Of a stretch of DNA of 64,000 bases, positions 45,003 through 55,496 are shown in pieces. The position numbers and the translations under genes were made by a program. Under the pieces are notes generated by a model. It did no database searches and had not been told where the DNA came from. It saw only the letters and a program-made list of their open reading frames with translations. This DNA comes from Actinomycetota bacterium (lineage in GTDB: Bacteria > Actinomycetota > Geothermincolia > Geothermincolales > RBG-13-55-18), in contig JAQVFR010000013.1 of the NCBI GenBank assembly GCA_028697145.1, forward strand, positions 3,500 through 67,499, read 5' to 3'. Each line of letters begins with the position of its first letter. Position 1 is the stretch's first letter.

Positions 45003-46550
45003 TCATGACAGTCTCTTGGGCCAGTCGTTGAGCAGCAGGCTGGCCACGGCCATGCCGGAGATCATGGCGCCAGGCACGCCCAGGCCGGGGTTGGTGCTCT
45101 GCCCCGCCTGGTAGAGCCGGTCTATGAGGCGCGAGCGGTAATTGGGGCGGAACGGTCCCATGTTGGGCAGGCTCATCTCTATGCCGAAGAAAGCCCCCTC
45201 GGCGACGTTCAGGCGCCTCTCCAGCTCCGTCGGCGGCACGGAGTCCATCCACTCCACGCGACTGGCCAGTCCCGGGTAACACCTCTTGTCGAGGTAGTCG
45301 ATGCACTCGCAGGCCCAGTCGTCGGCGATATCGTCCCAGTCGTGGTACTTGAGTTTATACGGGGCTATGTAGATGACGTACAGCACCTGCTTGCCGGGCG
45401 GCGCGAGGTCGGGGTCGTCAAAGGATGGGTCGATTACCAGGTACATGCCGTCGGCGGCGCGGTAGAGCAGCCCGCGGTCGTAGAAATCGGTCCAGATGTT
45501 GTCGACCTGCTCGTTCCCCTGCGCCACCAGGGACATGTGGGCCTTGACGCTGTCCAGCCTCTCCGAGAGCCCCACATAGAACATGGGGGCCGGTATGGAG
45601 CAGGGCTGGCGGCGCACAGTGCGCGTCACCCATCCCGGCAGTCCCGCGTCCCTGAGCAGGTTGAAATAGGTGAAGCGGGAGTGGGTGTTGGACACCACCG
45701 CCCTGGCGGTCAGCACCTCACCGTCCGCCATCCTCACTCCCTTCGCCTCCCGTCCCTCGAGGACGATGCCGTCCACCTCCGCCTCCAGGCGCAGCTCCGC
45801 GCCGAAATCCTGTGCGATGCGCGCCAGCGCCTTTGGGATGGAGATCATGCCTCCCTTGGGGTAGAAATACCCCATGTGCCCCATGTAGGTTATCATGGCG
45901 AAGAGCCCGAAGCAGCGGTGGGCGGGCAGCCCGGCGTACATGTTCTCCCACCCGAATATGAGCTGCAATTTCGGATCTGTGAAGTAGCTCTTCACCACCT
46001 TCTCGAGATTATTCAGGCCCAGCTTCATCTGCACTGGCACGGAGGGGACGATAGCCTTGGTGGCGAAGAGCCTGGCGAGGCTGCTCAGCTTGGTGAGATC
46101 CCTGATCTCAGGCATGGGATTCCTGGTGAACCCGGTGATGATGTCCTGGACCTTGCCGAGGTCCCGGCAGTAGCGGTAGTAGCCGTCCACGTCCCGGGGC
46201 GCGATATCCCTGACCACCCGGGCCATCTCGTCGATATCACGGGGCAGCGCCACGTCATTACCGTCCTCGAAATATACCTGGTAAACGGGGTCGATGATGT
46301 CCCAGTCGAGGTATTCCTCCAGCGGCAGGTCCAGCAGCTCGAAGAGCTTGTAGTAGAGCTCGTGCCCGATGACGAAAACCGCGCCCACCTCGGGCTTGAA
46401 GCCGTTCACGTCGTAATTTGAGCAGCATCCCCCCACCCGTTCCAGCCTCTCCAGCACCAGGACCTTGAGGCCTTCCTTGGCCATGAGGGAGGCGGCGGTC
46501 AGGCCTCCTACGCCAGCTCCTATTATGATCGCATCGTAATCGTAGCCCAT
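45003..46550 (-). CDS. phytoene desaturase (CrtI)-like NAD(P)/FAD-dependent oxidoreductase
   Basis: Start at MGYDYDAIIIGAGVGGL (Rossmann GxGxxG) with GGTGG upstream; the ORF-track extension is not credible. Large amine-oxidase/CrtI-like fold. Confidence 0.8.
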   Translation of the reverse strand: MGYDYDAIIIGAGVGGLTAASLMAKEGLKVLVLERLERVGGCCSNYDVNGFKPEVGAVFVIGHELYYKLFELLDLPLEEYLDWDIIDPVYQVYFEDGNDVALPRDIDEMARVVRDIAPRDVDGYYRYCRDLGKVQDIITGFTRNPMPEIRDLTKLSSLARLFATKAIVPSVPVQMKLGLNNLEKVVKSYFTDPKLQLIFGWENMYAGLPAHRCFGLFAMITYMGHMGYFYPKGGMISIPKALARIAQDFGAELRLEAEVDGIVLEGREAKGVRMADGEVLTARAVVSNTHSRFTYFNLLRDAGLPGWVTRTVRRQPCSIPAPMFYVGLSERLDSVKAHMSLVAQGNEQVDNIWTDFYDRGLLYRAADGMYLVIDPSFDDPDLAPPGKQVLYVIYIAPYKLKYHDWDDIADDWACECIDYLDKRCYPGLASRVEWMDSVPPTELERRLNVAEGAFFGIEMSLPNMGPFRPNYRSRLIDRLYQAGQSTNPGLGVPGAMISGMAVASLLLNDWPKRLS

Positions 46551-46901
46551 CTTCACCACCCCTTTATATGAAGACCCTGAACGGCAGCTCGCGCAGCTCG
46601 AAAAGGTTCTTCTGAATGCGCCGCCTCTGCTCGTCATCGAGTCGCATCGCCCAGGCGGCACCCAGGCATGCTCCCAGAAACAGGCAGATAACAAACGGTA
46701 AGGCGGATCTAAGAGGTGATTTACCCGATGTCCCCATCTGCAGCCTCCCGCGCTCGCACCCCTCCCAGGACGCGCAATATCTTTATATTTGCCCCAGCCA
46801 TTTCAGTCAAGCATGTATGGTGCCAGCGCCTCGGCATATGCCGCCCTCACCCTCTTCTGTACCATAGCTTCCGGCTGTACGGCACTGGTTGCCCGGTGCG
46901 C

Positions 46902-47609
46902 CTAGAAGGTCAGTTCCTCCGCCTTGCTGGGCTCGGTAAAGCCCGCCGGCGTGCTCCAGTACATGACCGGCCATCCCTTTTCCCCGGCGATCTTCTTCAG
47001 TGCTTTCTGGGGATTCACCGCCACGGGATTGCCCACCGCCCGCAGCAGAGGCAGGTCGGCCAGGCTGTCCGAGTAGAAGAAGCAGTCCTTCAACTCCACT
47101 CCCCTCCCGGCGGCGTAAACCCTCGCCAGTTCCTCCTTGCCCTCGCCGTAGGGGAGCGGCCTCTCCATTTCGTCGGTTAGGTAGCCGCCTCTCACCGGGG
47201 CCCTGGCCGCTATCTTGTCATCGGCCCCCAGCTGCACCCTCACCTTCTCGGATATGTATTCGCCCGCCGCCGTGGCGATGACGGTATGGTGTCCGCGCGA
47301 CCGGTGGTCCGCAACGCGCTCGGCGCCCTCGCGGAACAGCCTGGGCATGATGCATTCCTCGTAGGCCTCGTCCAGCAGGCGGACAAGCTCCTCAATGGGA
47401 TATTTTCCGCACTCCTGGAAGGTCCAGCGGTAGACCTCCTCCCTCGGCAGCCGGTTGAGGCGGTAGAGGATGGTGAACTTCACCGCCTTCCATACGGCCT
47501 CCATGCCCAGCAGGCGTTTCCTCACCATGTAGATCACGATAAGGTTGCCATTGGCGCCGTCCAGCAGGGTGTGGTCGAGGTCGAAAAAGGCGATGGGTGT
47601 TTCTGACAT
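46902..47609 (-). CDS. HAD-IB family hydrolase (phosphoserine phosphatase-like)
   Basis: Motif I FFDLDHTL immediately after the start MSETPIAF. SD AGGAGA upstream. Confidence 0.75.
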   Translation of the reverse strand: MSETPIAFFDLDHTLLDGANGNLIVIYMVRKRLLGMEAVWKAVKFTILYRLNRLPREEVYRWTFQECGKYPIEELVRLLDEAYEECIMPRLFREGAERVADHRSRGHHTVIATAAGEYISEKVRVQLGADDKIAARAPVRGGYLTDEMERPLPYGEGKEELARVYAAGRGVELKDCFFYSDSLADLPLLRAVGNPVAVNPQKALKKIAGEKGWPVMYWSTPAGFTEPSKAEELTF

Positions 47610-47698
47610 GTGCTCTCCTCGCTTTAGAGGTCGGACTCTTGCCACTTACGCGTGCCAGGCCCTGCCGCGCGGACGTACCTTATCTTAAATTCAATGCT

Positions 47699-48916
47699 TT
47701 AATTGGTGAAGATGATTTTTATGGCTTTCTCCCTGCCCTTGTTGAGGGCGGTGTCCAGCGCCTTGGGCCATTCGTCCAGGGTGAAGCGGTGGGTAATAAG
47801 GTGCGAGAGATCGGCCTTTCCCCGGGCGAAGAGATCGAGTGCCAGCTCGAAATCGTGCAGCGTCCTTCCGCCTACCTCCTCATTGCCGTAAACGTAGATG
47901 CCCCTCAGGGTGAGCTCCTTCAGCCACACCGGCGTCCAATCGATCTTCTTTACCTTGCTTATGCCCAGCATGTTGTAGGTCCCGGCGTGGGCCAGGACGC
48001 GCAGGGAGAAATCCACGGTGTCCGTCGAGCCCACGGCATCGAATACGCGGTCCACGCCACCGATGAGTATGGGCTTGGCCATGAGCGGCTTGTACATCTT
48101 GGCCCCCGTCAGCTCCGCGATCCTTTTGTAGGGATGTTTGCCCCCCGGTTTTATGACCTCCTCCACTCCCATGTCCCGCGCCACCCCTGAGTGGAAGGGG
48201 TCGACCTCGACCCCCAGGATGCGCACGTCGGGATGCAGCGCCCTGAGCGCCGCAATGGTGCATAATCCCATCACCCCGTGTCCGATGACCATGGCCGTCT
48301 CTCCGGGCTGCACCCTGTTGCCGACCACCATGTGCAGGGAGGTAGCGAAGGGCTCGGTCATCACGGCATTCTCGTCGCTCACCCCCTGTGGCACCTTGTA
48401 GAGCTGCTTCGCGTGGGCGACGCCCATCTCGCTGATAAAGCCGGGGACCTCGGCGGTGTTGCCGACGAACATGCCCGCCGGAAGGCTGCCCTCGGTCCAG
48501 TTCTCGCAGATGCCGTAGCGGCCTTCGGCGCAGACGCGGCAGGGGGGATCGATGCCTCGCTGTAGGCATCCCAGGGCGGGCATCACCGTCACGCGGTCCC
48601 CCGGCGCGAAACCCTCCACTGCGTCTCCCGTCTCCGCGATCTCCCCGCATACCTCGTGCCCCATCACGAAGGGAAAGGAGGCGAAGGGCTGCAGGGTGAG
48701 ATCCTCGTGGCACTTGACGATGCTGAGGTCGCTGCCGCAGAAGCCGGACAGCCTTGGCCTTACTTTAACCCAGTCAGGACCGAGCAGCCCGGGCTCCTCC
48801 ACCTCCCTTACCCGCACCGGTGCCAGCTGCGACGTCAGCACCTGCGGATGCCGGTCGCAGAGCGCTCCCGTGAGCAGGTACTTGGGGATGCTGTACTCGA
48901 ACGTCAGTGCTCTCAT
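47699..48916 (-). CDS. zinc-dependent alcohol dehydrogenase family (MDR) oxidoreductase
   Basis: GHEVCGEI catalytic-zinc motif, structural-zinc Cys cluster and GxGxxG (VIGHGVMG). Start at MRALTF. Confidence 0.8.
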   Translation of the reverse strand: MRALTFEYSIPKYLLTGALCDRHPQVLTSQLAPVRVREVEEPGLLGPDWVKVRPRLSGFCGSDLSIVKCHEDLTLQPFASFPFVMGHEVCGEIAETGDAVEGFAPGDRVTVMPALGCLQRGIDPPCRVCAEGRYGICENWTEGSLPAGMFVGNTAEVPGFISEMGVAHAKQLYKVPQGVSDENAVMTEPFATSLHMVVGNRVQPGETAMVIGHGVMGLCTIAALRALHPDVRILGVEVDPFHSGVARDMGVEEVIKPGGKHPYKRIAELTGAKMYKPLMAKPILIGGVDRVFDAVGSTDTVDFSLRVLAHAGTYNMLGISKVKKIDWTPVWLKELTLRGIYVYGNEEVGGRTLHDFELALDLFARGKADLSHLITHRFTLDEWPKALDTALNKGREKAIKIIFTN

Positions 48917-48964
48917 GATAAGCCCCCTCCAATCGTCGGCGGCCGTCACGCTTGCGGTCGCGCC

Positions 48965-49755
48965 TCAACAGCTCTTGCCGGTGAACCTGGCCTGCTTCTT
49001 CTGCAGGAAAGAGGTGATGCCCTCGACTACGTCGGGGGTGCTGACCGCTATACCCTGCAGTGAGGCCTCCATCTCCAGCGCCGTCTCAAGGTCGGTCTCG
49101 AAGGAACGGTTGAGCATGCGCTTGATCATCCCGATGGCACGCGTCGGCCCCTGCGCCAGAACGCGCGCCATTTCCATGGCCTCGTCCATCAGGTTCTCGT
49201 GGGGCACCACCTTGGATACCAGTCCGAGCTCGAGGGCTTTCTGTGCGTCTATGGCCTCTCCTGAGAATGCCAGTTCCTTGGCCTTGGACAGCCCCACGAG
49301 GCGCGGAAGGAAGAAGGTACCGCCCATGTCCACCACCAGCCCACGTCTCACGAAGACCTGGATGAAGCGGGCCTTCTCCGAGGCCACGATGATGTCGCAG
49401 GCGAGGGCGAAGTTGCATCCCGCGCCGGCGGCGTCGCCGTTGATGGCCGCTATCACCGGCTTCTCCATGGTGGTCAGGCCACGGATGACGGCGGAATAGA
49501 TGTGGGTGGTGAGGCGCATACCCACCGGGGTGGCGGCATCGGCGCGAGCCCCCCCTCCCGTGAGGTCGGCACCAGTGCAGAAACCCCTGCCCGCTCCGGT
49601 GATGACCACCGCGCGGCAGTCGTCGTCCTGGTGCAGCTCCGCGAACCTGCGGGTCAGCGCGTACAATATCTCGTTGTTGAAACAGTTCAATGCCTGCGGC
49701 CGGTTCAGGGTGATGATCTCAACCTGGTCCTTCCGCTCGAAGAGTACGTCCTCCA
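48965..49755 (-). CDS. enoyl-CoA hydratase/isomerase (crotonase family)
   Basis: 263 aa; TTG start with GGGAGG 6 nt upstream (MEDVLFERKDQVEIITLNRPQALN) and oxyanion-hole region ITGAGRGFCTGADL. The ORF-track N-terminal extension is not credible. Confidence 0.8.
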
Positions 49756-49821
49756 ATGCCCACCTCCCTTGCCTGTGAGCCGCCGCGCGGGAGTGTCCCC
49801 TGTCGCCGCGGCCGTCGCCTG

Positions 49822-50454
49822 CTATCTCCCTGTCAATGCCAGCAGATCCGCCCCCGCCAGCTTGTGCACAGCCTCCCTGATCTCGTGCGCGGTTCGCCGC
49901 ATGAAGTCCATGGACTGGCCCAGCGGATCGTCTATGGTAAAGCTGTGGTCGTAGATGTGGAAGTAGTGGAGGAGAAAGAGGCGAAGCTCTTCGTTCAGCT
50001 CGCCTTTCCCCGCCTCCAGCTCCAGCCCCTCGACGCGCCGTATCCATCCCCGCAGCTCTTGCAGCCTTTTCTCGGGGTCCTCCTCCTCCAGCTCCCGCCC
50101 CCTCTTTTCCCCCTGGATCACGAACTCCTTGAGCGTGAAGACGCGGTCGACCGCCTCCTGGTGGGCGGTGAGCAGCCGCGAGCTGTTATGCATGGCCATG
50201 GCCAGGATGAGATCTGCCTCATCCACGTCTTCTTCCCGCAAGGGGCGCGCGCGGTGACCGGAAAGGTCGAAACCCATCTCCCGCATAACCGCGAGGACCT
50301 CGGGATGAGGAGGGGCGCCCTCTTCGGCCTGCAGTCCGACCGAGTAGACGTTGATGCCGTTATACCCGTTGGCCGTGGCTATCTCCTCCTTCAGGAAGGC
50401 CTCGGCCATGGCACTGCGGCATATGTTGCCGGTACAGACGAAGAGGATGTTCAA
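49822..50454 (-). CDS. low-molecular-weight protein tyrosine phosphatase / arsenate-reductase-like
   Basis: CX5R P-loop LFVCTGNICRSAMAE. TTG start with AAGGAG 6 nt upstream; the ORF-track start 50565 is less likely. Carries a C-terminal extension beyond a typical LMW-PTP. Confidence 0.7.
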   Translation of the reverse strand: MNILFVCTGNICRSAMAEAFLKEEIATANGYNGINVYSVGLQAEEGAPPHPEVLAVMREMGFDLSGHRARPLREEDVDEADLILAMAMHNSSRLLTAHQEAVDRVFTLKEFVIQGEKRGRELEEEDPEKRLQELRGWIRRVEGLELEAGKGELNEELRLFLLHYFHIYDHSFTIDDPLGQSMDFMRRTAHEIREAVHKLAGADLLALTGR

Positions 50455-50569
50455 GCGACGCTCCTTTGCTGCCGCGGTGTGTATCACAATCCCGACATGA
50501 TCTTGCTTTATGCTTGAATCGGCCACGCTTGCGCGGCTATAAACATTATCCCTGCAGCGGGTCATTTAC

Positions 50570-51112
50570 TCAATCACCGAGCATGACGGATGCGTTCTCG
50601 ACATATACGTCCATGTCATCCCGGGAGAAACAGACGAAGCATACCTTCTCCAGGCTCGGCTCCGCCTCCAGCACTTCCTTCACCGTGCGTATGGCTATGG
50701 GAGTTGCCTTTTCCATGGGAAAGCCATAGGCTCCCGTGCTTATGGACGGAAAGGCGATGCTCTTCAGCCCGTTCTCCACGGCAAGCATCAGGCTGTTGCG
50801 GTAGCAGTCCTCCAGCAGCTTTTCCTCGTTCCTGCCGCCTCCGTGCCACACCGGGCCCACGGTATGGATAACGTGCCTGGCCTTCAGCCGGTATCCCTGG
50901 GTTATCTTGGCCTCACCCGTTTCGGCGCCGCCTAATGTGCGGCACTCCTCCAGTAGCTCGGGCCCGGCCGCGCGGTGGATGGCGCCGTCTACGCCGCCTC
51001 CCCCCAGCAGGCTCCTGTTGGCGGCGTTGACGATGGCGTCCACGTCGCAGTCGGTTATGTCACCCCTGGTCACAACTACCCTGCCTTTCAGGAATTCCCG
51101 CAAAGCAAGCAC
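50570..51112 (-). CDS. macro domain protein (O-acetyl-ADP-ribose deacetylase-like)
   Basis: 180 aa; [23 protein letters not shown] and ISTGAYGFP motifs. Confidence 0.8.
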   Translation of the reverse strand: MLALREFLKGRVVVTRGDITDCDVDAIVNAANRSLLGGGGVDGAIHRAAGPELLEECRTLGGAETGEAKITQGYRLKARHVIHTVGPVWHGGGRNEEKLLEDCYRNSLMLAVENGLKSIAFPSISTGAYGFPMEKATPIAIRTVKEVLEAEPSLEKVCFVCFSRDDMDVYVENASVMLGD

Positions 51113-51206
51113 CTCCCCTCGCTATCTGACCGTATGGCTCGGCGTTTCCCCGCCCTTGCTGGCGTTGCGGCAAACAGGGCCGAGACCCGCCGGCCCCCAT
51201 TTTCCG

Positions 51207-53153
51207 TCAACCCGTCTCCTCTTCCCCGTAAAGAAACCCGACAGCGGCCTTGTAACCCTCATGCACCGCATCGAGGAGCCTGCGTGGTTCCACCGCGTCG
51301 CCAACCGCTACCACCGCGAGGCCCGCTTCCCGCGCCGCTTCCTCCAGTTCCCTCCGGGAAACGGAGCCCACCGCCCAGATCACCGCATCGGCCTCTATAT
51401 TCCTCGTGTCGCCTTTCGCCTCCACCACGGCTCCACCCGTGGTGACCTCCACGACCCTGGTCCCCAGCAGCAGGGTCCCGCTTTCCCTCAACACGCGGTG
51501 CAGAAAATAGCCGTGGGAGGTCAGGGGCATTACCGGGGGCATCTCCTTCTCCTCGACAACCGTCACCTTCCGCCCGGCCGAGATGAGATAATGGGCGGTC
51601 TCCATACCCACCGGCCCCGCCCCCACCACCAGGGCACTCTTGCCCACGCCGGCTACGCCCAGCAGGACCTCCCTCGCCTCCCTGTTCGTATCCAACTCGG
51701 ACCCCTTCACCTGCGGCAGCAGCGGGCTCGCGCCGCAGGCATTCACGACGCCGCGCCATCCGCCTTCACGCAGGAGTTCCGCGCCGACTTCCACCCCGCA
51801 CTCCACGCGCACCCCCAGCGACTCCAACCTCCTCAACGCCCACTCGACCCACTCCGCGTAGGGATCCTTACCCGGCGGCCGTGATGCCGGCCTCAGCTGG
51901 CCTCCCGCCTCCCCATCCTTCTCGTATATCCTCACCTCCGCGCCGGCCTCGGCCAGGGTGATGGCCGCCTGCAGGCCGGCAGGCCCGGCTCCCGCCACCA
52001 GGAACGGTCCCCGAGAGGCTTCCTCTCCCTTCCTCTCCCCCTCCTCGCGCCCGCAGAGGGGATTGATGACGCAGGTAGTCGATTTGAGGTCAAAGGTAAG
52101 GCGTTCTATACAACCCTGATTGCACGACAGGCAGAAACGTATGTCCTCGTAGCGACCGCGCGCCGCCTTGGCCAGGAACCGCGGATCGGCGAGGTGCTGG
52201 CGTCCGAAGGCCACCAGGTCCGCCTTTCCCGCCTGCAGCACCTCCTCGGCCATGCGCGGGTCGTGTATCTTCCCCGCCACGATCACCGGCCTGTCAACCA
52301 TTACCTTTACCCTCGCCGCCCTCTCCACGTTGATGCCGGGAGGGTGGTGAAGGCCGGGGCTGGTGGGATTTCCCGGCGAGTCGTAAATACCGCATGACAC
52401 GTGGAAGGCGTCCACGCCGTCCTCCTGGAGGAGTGGGAGCAGGGGCAGGATATAGTCCAGGTCATAGCCGCCCTTCGCCTCCTCGCTGGCGGAAAAGCGG
52501 AAGATGACCGTAAAATCCCCGCCCGCCTCCCCCTTGATAGCCTGTACGATCTCCCGGGCGAAGCGGTAGCGCCCGGCGTCGTCACCTCCGTAGGCGTCCT
52601 CGCGATGGTTTGAGTAGGGCGACAGAAACTGGTTCACCAGGTAGCCGTGGGCGCCGTGGACCTCCACCGCGTCGAAACCCGCCTCTCGCGCGCGCCTGGC
52701 GGCCGAGGCGTAGCACCTGACCAGCTCCGCGACCTCCTCGGCGCTCAGCTCCCTCGGGACCTGCCCCATGGCGCGGCTGGCGACGGGAGAAGGGGCCACC
52801 GGCTGCTCGCCGATGACGGATGGGAAGGTCTCCCGGCCCGCGTGGTGTAATTGCACGGCCGCCGCCGCCCCCGCCTTCCTGATGGTCATGGCCAGCTCCG
52901 CGAGCCCGCGGAGAAAGGAGTCGTCGTATATGCCCAGCTCGGAGGGGAATGCCCTGCCGCTCGGATGCACCGCGCAGACCTCGGTCACTATCAGGCCTAC
53001 GCCGGCTTCAGCCCTTATCCTGTGGTAAGCCTCGAGCCGCTCCGTTACCTCGCCCCGTGGTGACCCGTAGGCGGTCCCCATGGCTGGCATCACCGCGCGG
53101 TTTCTGAGCTTCACGCCTCCCACGCTCACCGTGTCCCAGAGGGATGCGCCCAT
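51207..53153 (-). CDS. 2,4-dienoyl-CoA reductase-like: NADH:flavin oxidoreductase (OYE TIM barrel) fused to FAD/NAD(P)-binding domain
   Basis: 648 aa; OYE-like barrel with FeS Cys context (CLSCNQGC) followed by a GxGxxG domain (FLVAGAGPAGLQAA). Confidence 0.85.
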   Translation of the reverse strand: MGASLWDTVSVGGVKLRNRAVMPAMGTAYGSPRGEVTERLEAYHRIRAEAGVGLIVTEVCAVHPSGRAFPSELGIYDDSFLRGLAELAMTIRKAGAAAAVQLHHAGRETFPSVIGEQPVAPSPVASRAMGQVPRELSAEEVAELVRCYASAARRAREAGFDAVEVHGAHGYLVNQFLSPYSNHREDAYGGDDAGRYRFAREIVQAIKGEAGGDFTVIFRFSASEEAKGGYDLDYILPLLPLLQEDGVDAFHVSCGIYDSPGNPTSPGLHHPPGINVERAARVKVMVDRPVIVAGKIHDPRMAEEVLQAGKADLVAFGRQHLADPRFLAKAARGRYEDIRFCLSCNQGCIERLTFDLKSTTCVINPLCGREEGERKGEEASRGPFLVAGAGPAGLQAAITLAEAGAEVRIYEKDGEAGGQLRPASRPPGKDPYAEWVEWALRRLESLGVRVECGVEVGAELLREGGWRGVVNACGASPLLPQVKGSELDTNREAREVLLGVAGVGKSALVVGAGPVGMETAHYLISAGRKVTVVEEKEMPPVMPLTSHGYFLHRVLRESGTLLLGTRVVEVTTGGAVVEAKGDTRNIEADAVIWAVGSVSRRELEEAAREAGLAVVAVGDAVEPRRLLDAVHEGYKAAVGFLYGEEETG

Positions 53154-53191
53154 CTCCAGCCTTCCCTTCTATAACGCGGGTAGTGTGCCTA

Positions 53192-53962
53192 TCAGGATGA
53201 AATCTCCCTTCCCCCGTCTATGAGTATGACCTGCCCTGTTATGTACTTGGAGGCGTCTGACGCCAGGAAGATGCACAGGCCCACCATCTCCTCGGGCTCG
53301 GCCATCCTCCCCAGGGGTATCGAGTTCAGCGCCGCCTGCAGGATGGCCTCGTTGCCCCATAAAGCCTGGCTGAAATGGGTCTTCACCAGTCCCGGCGCGA
53401 TAGCGTTGACCCTGACTCCCCTCGGCCCCCACTCCTGCGCAAAGACCTTGGTGAGCATGTTCACGGCGGCCTTGGAGATGGAATAAACCCCCAGGAAAGG
53501 GGTGGGGCAGAAAGCCGCCTCCGAGGAAATGTTGACGACGGTTCCGGATCCCTTGTCGCACATCACCTTGCCCACCTGCTGGGTGAGGAAGAACAGCCCC
53601 TTGACGTTGACCTCCATGATCTTTTCGAAGGCCGGTTCCTCCACATCGCCGGTGCCGCAGAAGATCGGGTTGGTCGCAGCGTTGTTCACCAGGATGTCGA
53701 TGGTGCCGTATTTCTCCAGCGTTTCCCGCACCAACCGGTTGATGCCCTCCATGTCGCCCATATGGGTGGGGATGACATGGGCCTCTCCCCCGGCGGCGAC
53801 GATGCCCTTGCGGACTTCCTCCAGCGCTTCTGCCTTGCGGCTTGCCAGCACGACCCTCGCGCCCATCTCGGCATAGCCCTCGGCTATGGCCTGCCCGATC
53901 CCACGGCTGCCACCGGTGACGATAGCCACCTTTCCCTCAAGGGAGAACTGCTCCTCGTACAA
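53192..53962 (-). CDS. SDR family oxidoreductase (3-oxoacyl-reductase-like)
   Basis: TGGSRGIG cofactor motif, NNAA and YxxxK (YSISKAAV). TTG start with GGAGG 8 nt upstream; the ORF-track extension to 54175 is not credible. Confidence 0.85.
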   Translation of the reverse strand: MYEEQFSLEGKVAIVTGGSRGIGQAIAEGYAEMGARVVLASRKAEALEEVRKGIVAAGGEAHVIPTHMGDMEGINRLVRETLEKYGTIDILVNNAATNPIFCGTGDVEEPAFEKIMEVNVKGLFFLTQQVGKVMCDKGSGTVVNISSEAAFCPTPFLGVYSISKAAVNMLTKVFAQEWGPRGVRVNAIAPGLVKTHFSQALWGNEAILQAALNSIPLGRMAEPEEMVGLCIFLASDASKYITGQVILIDGGREISS

Positions 53963-54033
53963 CTTTATCGACCTCCTTTTCTCGCGGCTTTCCCATCGCA
54001 ACACGCGGTGCCGGTGCTTGCTCGAGACACCAC

Positions 54034-55113
54034 TCAGCCCATCTCGTATAGCCTTAGCGAGGCGTCTCCACTTGCTGTGACCAGCGGTTCCCTCCCTACC
54101 GCAACAGTATATAACGCCCGCAACCAGCCCGCGACGAGCCCGTCGCTGACCGGGTTCATCACCTCGATCCTCCATCTGTCGCCTTCCGAAGCGATGCCGG
54201 CCAGGGCCCCCCAGCCCCTCATGGCCAGCATCCCGCCCACACTACCGCACCAGCCCTCACTACCGGCTTTGCCACCGTTCAACGCCTTCTCGTAACCATC
54301 ATGTTCTCCGTACTCCATGCCGGCGCGCACCGAGCGGAAAACCGCCTCCTGCATGCTTGCCGCGACACCAGCAGGTGCTTCCACCAGGTGTTCCTGGGCC
54401 GCCAGCATGCAGTGGGGAAGCAAGACCAACCTCCTCCCGTCCGCCCCCGCCCTTATAACGCCGTGCATCTCGTCCCAGCACAGTCCGGCCAGGCAGACCG
54501 GCAGCCCGCACTGGCCACATCGTTCTCCATCCCCGCCCCCGGCATCGATGCGGCCGTGCGAGACTGCATGCACTCTTTTGAGGGCGTTGTCCTCGCTCCT
54601 CCCCTTGGCCTCGAGCGCGAGCCTGAAGACGTTCTCGCCAATGCCCGACACCTCGACCGCATAGACGCACTGGTCCATCCGTTCGAGCGCCCCGGTGATC
54701 GCCGCCGCCATCATCTCCAGGTCAAACGGCATGCGCAGAAGCATGGAGCCTCCTTCACACGGGGTGAACTTCTCCAACTCCACGCGGCCCAGACCCAACA
54801 GCAGTGAAAGCTCCTCCAGCCTCACCAGGAATTCTCTCTTCGCCGTACCGAAGCGCGACAACCTGCCCTTGGCACGCATTTGCGTCGAGGCCGCCGCGTT
54901 TGCGGCATCCCGCTGGGCTTCCTGGACCGCCGCTGCCCCTACCGCGCCCGACATCGCCGCCTTTACGCTCTCCAGCGTCCTTTCGTCTAGCATGGCCAGG
55001 CGCATCCCTTGCATGCGTCGCAGGACGACCAGCCCGCCGGGCCCCCACGCCACGCTCTCCGCCAACCTGCCTGGAAGTCCGCATTCCCGGCAGCGCGACA
55101 GGGTCTGTACCAC
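54034..55113 (-). CDS. hypothetical protein with N-terminal zinc-ribbon and internal duplicated Gly/Ala-rich modules (possibly V4R-like)
   Basis: 359 aa; CRECG...CGQCG knuckles and two similar halves. No confident family assignment. Confidence 0.5.
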   Translation of the reverse strand: MVQTLSRCRECGLPGRLAESVAWGPGGLVVLRRMQGMRLAMLDERTLESVKAAMSGAVGAAAVQEAQRDAANAAASTQMRAKGRLSRFGTAKREFLVRLEELSLLLGLGRVELEKFTPCEGGSMLLRMPFDLEMMAAAITGALERMDQCVYAVEVSGIGENVFRLALEAKGRSEDNALKRVHAVSHGRIDAGGGDGERCGQCGLPVCLAGLCWDEMHGVIRAGADGRRLVLLPHCMLAAQEHLVEAPAGVAASMQEAVFRSVRAGMEYGEHDGYEKALNGGKAGSEGWCGSVGGMLAMRGWGALAGIASEGDRWRIEVMNPVSDGLVAGWLRALYTVAVGREPLVTASGDASLRLYEMG

Positions 55114-55496
55114 TCCGCCTCCTTATCTTGCTCCCGTTATGCCTATCTCCCGGAGTATGGAATCGCCCCCCCTATCCGCCACCCTTTCACGCTCAGAGGA
55201 AACGACCGGCTCTTCCTCCACCGTTTATCGGCGTTATCACATCGGCAGGAACTCGTGAAACGGGCCGCTATTAGGAATTCTAACCGCTATCCTGCCCTCG
55301 TGCCACAAACGGTATGCTCGGTGCGCCCGGCGCGTAAAGCGTCCCTGCGCACCTCCGGCCATATCTCCATCGCGCCTCCTCCCCGCAGCGCGTTCCGTGC
55401 CGCGACATGGGCGCTGCCATCGCCACCGCCTTTGTGATAACCTTTAGCCCAAGGGAGGAAGAGTACCCGGTCGCCTAATAGAGCAGGAGAAACGGC

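Noticed and set aside
48965-50047. 360-aa version of the enoyl-CoA hydratase ORF, and the 49822..50565 version of the LMW-PTP
   Set aside because: The N-terminal extensions are Arg/Gly/Ala-rich junk typical of high-GC read-through. Internal TTG starts with AGGAG-type SDs give proteins of canonical length and N-termini.
53962-54175. N-terminal extension of the SDR ORF (ORF track 53192..54175)
   Set aside because: The extension has no SDR similarity. A TTG preceded by GGAGG at 53962 gives the canonical N-terminus immediately before TGGSRGIG.
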